A DNA stretch of 62,764 bases, filler included, from Choristocarpus tenellus KU-1152 (Eukaryota; Protista; Phaeophyceae): assembly GCA_964200185.2 (NCBI GenBank). It is 12 parts of 12 records of this genome, joined end to end, with 100 filler letters (N's around TTAATTAATTAA, not from the genome) between each part and the next. Parts side by side here need not be neighbours in the genome. Positions count along the whole stretch, not along the records: positions 51,850 to 62,764 come from CAXNAD020002629.1; 11 more parts are not named here. One strand, written 5' to 3'. The position numbers and the translations under genes are program-made. Positions within the stretch are counted from its first letter, which is position 1. Each line of letters starts with the position of its first letter. The notes under the pieces are model-generated. The model was not told the DNA's origin, made no database searches, and saw only the letters and a list, made by a program, of their open reading frames with translations. Below, in pieces: positions 57,128 through 62,764 of the stretch.

Positions 57128-57908
57128 GGCTTTGGTCGTTCCGGTTTTCTGTTGGAGTACGGGTAGAGTTGCAGGTTGTGCAGATTTCTGCATCAGTATA
57201 TCTTTCCATGGTGTCCGACTCCCATGTTCATGTACTTTGCATTCCACGAGTTATGCATTTAAATAGTGGAACAAAAGATACGTAGCTACCAGTCAGAGTC
57301 GCCAGCGTATCATATATCATACTCACGTTGAGGACCAGACCTGTCTTATCATTTGTTTTAAAAAGCGTGTCTGCTACAATATTACAGCCCTAAAATATAA
57401 TACATCGATCAAACAACTCTTCTCCATCTGTGCGACTAACCTTTCCAAACGATTCACCAATGCAGCGATGATTACCCTGTCCTTCTGTGAGCCATTATTT
57501 ATTCCTTGTACACGATAACGCACCTCCCTCCATTCTTTTTAATACTCTATGCACCACCTCTTGCTTTGGCCAACTGTCGACGAACTAGTTTCGATCAAGT
57601 GTAGTCATTCGAATTGTAGGGGATCATATGCCTAACTAAGTCCACCCACGATGCCCCTAACCACAGCACCAACCCAGGACCTGTGGAAATGTACCTTGAA
57701 CTACTTTCCTCGGAACGTACGACAATATTCCTTGACCAATAACCACTCGTACACACGTCCACATTCCGTCTACACCTTTTTCCGTACCTCATACCAACAA
57801 CTTCAACCCTAACACCCTCAGCGACAACCACGTCTTACTACATACAACATCCAACACACGCATACAAACATACGAAAGTGTTGATAGATTTAAACTGTGC
57901 ATGACACA

Positions 57909-58166
57909 AAGCGAAGGTGTCTTAGAGGGCACGATTTTTGCCCTGCTTGTCCCTTTAGTGCTTGACTTCTAACGCCTTTTTTATGACATTTACCTGCTCT
58001 GAAACGTTTCTAACTAAAAACATATATACGTTATGAAAAAGGTGCGTCCAGAACAACGATATTGACACTTACTAACAAACACGATAGCCAAATCTACACC
58101 AAAATCACAAGTTTGGTGTTTGACCCTCATTTTGACACTGCTCTACCCTCTAAGACACTTTGGCTC
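57909..58166 (-). mobile_element. MITE family A copy 8
   Basis: Full length, diverged. Flanks are caca/cgta. Confidence 0.88.
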
Positions 58167-58620
58167 CGTATGTTTTGGTTCCTCGTGCACACGCCGGGAG
58201 AACAGACCCAAACCGACAATCCTCTATGTGTACGTTTCATAAACAACCCATGCAAGCAAATAAACGAACAGAGCAACACCGCAGCAGCCAATAATATTTT
58301 TTTCTGTTCCTCAAAAACAATGGGAAAACACACCCTAACCGACAACCCTCTTTGGGTGCTAACCAAATCCCAGTCATGCAAAACAAAAATAGCCCTGGAA
58401 CAGCCTAACAAGTATATCTCTTGTTCTTCATCGTAACTGCGCGACCAACACACATAAACCAATAACCCTGTTAGAGCAGACTCGACATCCGACACATGCA
58501 CACATCCAAAATCCTCCCCCAATCAAAACCCGATTAATAAATGGTGGCATATATCCCCGTTGTCCTTGCGTACGCAAGGACAGAAATGAACCTAACCAAC
58601 AGTCTTCTTTTTTCTGCTGA

Positions 58621-59019
58621 CATTTCAAATCCGACACCTGCAACCAAATCACACCAAAAAAGGGAGAATCGGAAAAGAGTGAAAAACGGACGCCGGCACC
58701 CCCCCCTAAGATAATTTGGCTCACTGGAGACACATCAATTGTCAAGTTCGACCGAGGCACCACTTTCATCCTATGCGGGAGTGGGGATGATATTGTCCGG
58801 GGGCAAGTCCGTGACGTTGACATAGACGATTCTGGGGCATGAATTTACTCTGTGTGTTACCAAGGTCAGCATGGCGGGACCTCCTTGCCCTTGGGCTGAG
58901 GTCGTTTCATGACAGAGAACGAGATTGAGGAGGGGGTCGAACAACTACGGGAGAAGGAGAAAACGGACCACGATAAGACTACAGCCCGGCGTGCCAACCA
59001 ACGCAATGTCCTCTTGTAG
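58621..59019 (+). pseudogene. Decayed ORF with a Tudor/SH3-barrel-like segment
   Basis: One frame with two TGA stops: KFDRGTTFILCGSGDDIVRGQVRDVDIDDSGA*IYSVCYQG...MTENEIEEGVEQLRE. The fold assignment is by eye only. Confidence 0.35.
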
Positions 59020-59588
59020 AGTAGTTTTTATATGCAGCATTCCTTGTATGCTATATACGGACACACTCGATTGCGCATTTGCCTCTCCCGGATATGGCAC
59101 ATTAGGACATTGATGTGACGTTCTGCACTTCATAAGGGGGACATAACTATGATTAATCAAACGCGAGTCTACCTGCAAAATAACTCATCCCCTGGGGTGC
59201 CCTAGTACACACAGCGCACAATTAATCTCCCTTCACGCCCTCAGATGGTGATCAGAAACCATGTTTATATTGACAAACAGATATTCCTGCCGCTACATAT
59301 GACATACTCCCCCGTACTTCATAACACAGTCCAACTATCAAGGTGATAAACCAACAAGAGAGGTAGGTAACTCCTATACCCCTCACCTCATCAAAGCAAC
59401 ACCAAACACCCGACTCGAAACATTTACGTACCAACAGGCTACTTTTGCAACATCATCACACAGTCCCATCTAAATCTAAGCGCCAAGAACATATCCTAAG
59501 TGCAGGATATGCCATATTTCATCGACACAGGACCAACCTCCACTACTACGGACACTCAAATACACAATTTTTCCAACACTTGGTCAGG

Positions 59589-59638
59589 GCCCAAATGGAT
59601 ACCCCAGTGCAGACCCCCCCGCCCAGATACTTTGGCCC
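59589..59638 (+). mobile_element. Solitary family-B-type right terminus
   Basis: gcccaaatggataccccagtgcagac-polyC-cccagatactttggccc. The upstream sequence departs from MITE B. Confidence 0.7.
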
Positions 59639-60049
59639 CCTCCCCACGTGACTCTTTCACGAAGTATCAACTTTAATATCATCCTACGACGAGCCCTCAC
59701 TGTTCGATTTCGTCACGACTGACTTGTGACGAACAATATTGGCAGCAGGAACAGCAGTCAGTCTATCACTGATAGACATAGACCTGATATTTACCCCAAC
59801 CATAAATATCGCGTGATATCCGACTGGAAATCATCCTACGTTTGACCTCATCTGTATCTTTTTCTTAACGTCTACCAAGGGATATTGAATTTGCAAGGCT
59901 AAGGGGGGGTAAATATCATGACTATTTTCATCATGTCTCCATTAAGATATGTCCATTAAGATATATCCTTCCTTGTTCACCCCTTAGGCTTCCTCTGGTT
60001 CTTTAATTAATGACTTTGAGGCAATTCAGGCAAACCACTACCTACCCTA

Positions 60050-60199
60050 GGCTCAAAGTATCTGGGGGGGGGATGGCGGATGTCCATTTGTGGTCAATTT
60101 TTTCATGTCGCCATTTTTGGATGATTTGGTTGCGTACGTCGGATGGATAATGTAAGTGCAATTTTCCTGGTTTTGGCTCAAATGGACACCCTGGTGTAG
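60050..60199 (+). mobile_element. MITE family B copy lacking its right poly-C terminus
   Basis: Colinear with 43123-43275. Confidence 0.85.
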
Positions 60200-60796
60200 T
60201 TTGTGGATAGAGTGCTGCTGATACACTATAGACACCACCAGTGGATTAGAATAGGGAGAGCCAGTGATAGATATACTGTATGTATTGTCACTAATGTCCA
60301 TCGGTTTTTGTGTCATGTTCAAGATACACTTGTATACTGAAGACAAGTAAATAAGTTATTCATAATAAATTAGTGTGGACGATTGCAAACCCCACACTAA
60401 AGGAATAGCAGTTGTAGTCTACACATATCTCACCCCTCAAGTTCAGTACCCTTGTGTTTGATGTTCCACCAGAAACGTATATATTCAGTATATCCTCTTC
60501 AAAGCGAAACACTGTATGCACGAATATATTGTGTTGTGCACACATGCGGGATCTAAGTGTCCACTTTCTGGAGTAGTAGGCATGTTTACGGGGTGGTACT
60601 TATTGTAAGGAAGTGTTTATGGATCACGGCATCTATGTAGACATGCGTTTGTTGCATCCAATACGGGAAAAGTCTCAGATGTATGCTTACTCAACAATAT
60701 TTTCAAGGCCCCCACTAACAAGTGATGCATCACTAAACATTCGAGCTACTCCTCTCACTACCTTCTTCTGCCATCCCCATGCTCTTCTTTGTCCAG

Positions 60797-62333
60797 AACG
60801 TCTTCCCTGACTTCTTCTCTGAAGAATACCACAAGGAAGTTACCACACGAGTGAGAATCATGGGCGGGTTGATCCTCTCCAACTTCCTCTCCGCTCCTGT
60901 CTTCAATGACATGATGCAACATGCACTTAGCTAAGAGCTTGACCTGCGCTCCAAGAAGCTTGTGGAGGACGTTAGGGCGTATATGCAAGCTGTCCTTTAT
61001 GAGTTATACAACGAAGCCCTTGGTCAGTTCCCTGGGATCCTTCATCGGGTGAACAACTTGATCCCAGAACTAATGGACACGAAGGAACATCTTGCCAAGC
61101 AAGTGGTTGCAAACGTTTGCCGAGCAGAGTTGAGACGGTTCTGGACTCAGGATACGTCGTACTCAAGCACTATCGAGGAAGTCACAAAAGAGGTCAAGCA
61201 TGTGCAGGACAATGTCTTGGTAGTCGGCAGTACGGCTGATAAGAGTAAGGATGCCAGAATGCAACGCTACTATAATTTCCAAACATGCTATGATTGCCAA
61301 ACATACTCGAACTCTTCATCAACAACAGCTGAGAGTGCCAAGAACACCACGGCACAAGCAGTGGGCAGTATCCCACAGAAATTTGTGCAGCAACTAGTTG
61401 ATTTTGGCGCTACAACAAAGGACAGTACTGTCCAACTCTTACAGGCCAGCATATTCCCCAATAGTGTGAAGTGCATGAAGTGCATGAAGTTCCGCTTGCA
61501 GTTCCTCATATAGTTCGGTATTGTGTTGAACGTTCCTACTCAACCTTTTCTGAACGATTCATGTACCCCATCTCCTCATCCTCTCTTATTCTGGTGTTCC
61601 TTTAGTCACAACCTCCACTTATGCCTGCCTGCACACATAAACAATACTGAATATCGTGAGGAATATGATGCTTGCAGTAGTATGAATCTCAAGTCCTTGG
61701 AGTAAGAAATGTGCCATACATTCAGAATGAGTGACAGTATCTTAGAGGGTACGAGTTTTACCCTCTCTGTCCATTTGGGACTTGGCTTCTCACGAGTTTT
61801 TATTGACATTTTACCTACTCCAAACTTTTGGAGTAGGTAAAATGTGTATGTTATGAAAAAAAATGTCCAGAACAAGGATATTGACATCACCCAACAAACA
61901 TGATAGCCAAAATCATATCAAAATCGCAATATTGGTTTCTGGCCCCCCAAATGGACGGGGCTCTACCCTCTAAGGTAGTTTTACTCGAATATACTAACCT
62001 AGTGGATGGTAAAGGTTTGGATATAAACTATATGGATATGACCCAATCTCTTCGCTCCACTCCAATCCTGTGCAGGTGAATTTGCATGCATACTCTCAGG
62101 TTGTGTGCAGGCGAATATTTGACATAACACCTAAGCAGATCCATCAGTTTCTTGTGAATGATATCTGTGAGTGCCTTGTTGGGTGGGTCTATGAGAAGGT
62201 TGATCAAAAAATGGAGGTGTGGCTGGAGGAGGAGTCCACAACAAACCGGAAGCGCAAGGACAGGCAATGCAAGGTCATGCAGTTTGAGGAGGGCTTAAGA
62301 GTCCTAGATTCTGTTCACTTCGCTAATCAATGA
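60797..62333 (+). pseudogene. Mx-like dynamin-family GTPase, stalk and GED exons (60797-~61444, 62076-62333), probably disabled
   Basis: NVFPDFFSEEYHKEVTTRVRIMGGLILSNFLSAPVFNDMMQHALS*ELDLRSKKLVEDVRAYMQAVL...GQFPGILHRV...AELRRFWTQDTSY (middle domain) and VNLHAYSQVVCRRIFDITPKQIHQFLVND...WLEEESTTNRKRKDRQ (GED). There is an in-frame TAA at 60932-60934, the apparent donor is GC, and no GTPase exons were found upstream. Confidence 0.8.
61729..61986 (-). mobile_element. MITE family A copy 9, TSD GAAT, in the Mx-like intron
   Basis: gaat|gagtgacagtatcttagagggtac...taccctctaaggtagttttactc|gaat. Confidence 0.95.
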
Positions 62334-62764
62334 CTTGGGTAACTCGCTTGTTTAGTGGTGCATGTTAATACCTTGAGCTGCATGAATCGTTGATATTGGT
62401 GAAGTGGTCTAAGTAGAGGATTGAAGTCTTGAAACGCGAAGTGGTGGCCTAGTGGACCGAAGAACTATTGGAAGTCAATGTGATGCATCTTGCGGCATGC
62501 TCGGTGAAGGTAGTATCGAAATATATTTATTTCAGAGTGAATTGGAAGTCAGAAGACGAGGCCACACTTTGCAACAAGAACTGTAAAACGAGTTACAGGT
62601 TTTTGATGTATGAGAGCCAAAGTAGACCATAGGTACCCAGGGTTTGGCCGTTTTGCATTTCGAGCCAGTGTTTCAATCTTTTACTATTCGTTCATGACCC
62701 AATGTTAAAGTATCCCCAAAATCATCAAAGAGGATAAAGGTGATAAACCCGGCGAGATTGCTTG

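Noticed and set aside
52400-59600. Endogenous giant-virus (phaeovirus) insertion or Fanzor/TnpB locus
   Set aside because: No NCLDV hallmark or RuvC/zinc-finger motifs were recognised, and segments look spliced. It cannot be fully excluded without a homology search.

Overview
This is a eukaryotic draft-assembly window, not a contiguous locus. It consists of 12 short contigs joined by 11 identical artificial 100-nt linkers (N44-TTAATTAATTAA-N44), so neighbourhoods across linkers carry no meaning. An intron-rich TPI-GAPDH fusion, TTAGGG-type interstitial repeats and the transposon content point to a stramenopile, plausibly a brown alga or close relative (inference). Spliced host genes reconstructed by hand from GT-AG exons are mostly truncated by contig ends: a coiled-coil protein, the TPI-GAPDH fusion, a bacterial-type CrtI-family carotenoid desaturase, a divergent pair (a coiled-coil protein and a protein with a Pol beta/Pol X-type N-terminal helical domain), a short-chain dehydrogenase, a Pif1 helicase and an Mx-like dynamin (probably a pseudogene). 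Mobile DNA includes nine copies of a ~258-bp MITE with GAG...CTC ends and 4-bp TSDs (Sola2-like), a sister poly-G/C MITE family at many contig breaks, CRE-like RLE retroposon relics (two tail-to-tail), an RTE-like relic, a gag-protease relic with a CCCH finger, a copia fragment and a plant/oomycete-type mariner transposase pseudogene. The best candidates for something undescribed are: (i) the two-family Sola2-like MITE system and a possible large related element at ~52-59.6 kb carrying decayed ParB/DGQHR-like and Tudor-like ORFs; (ii) tandem amplification of splice-signal sequences in the TPI-GAPDH introns; (iii) a CpG-island-like mosaic suggesting germline CpG methylation. No rRNA, tRNA or CRISPR array is supported.
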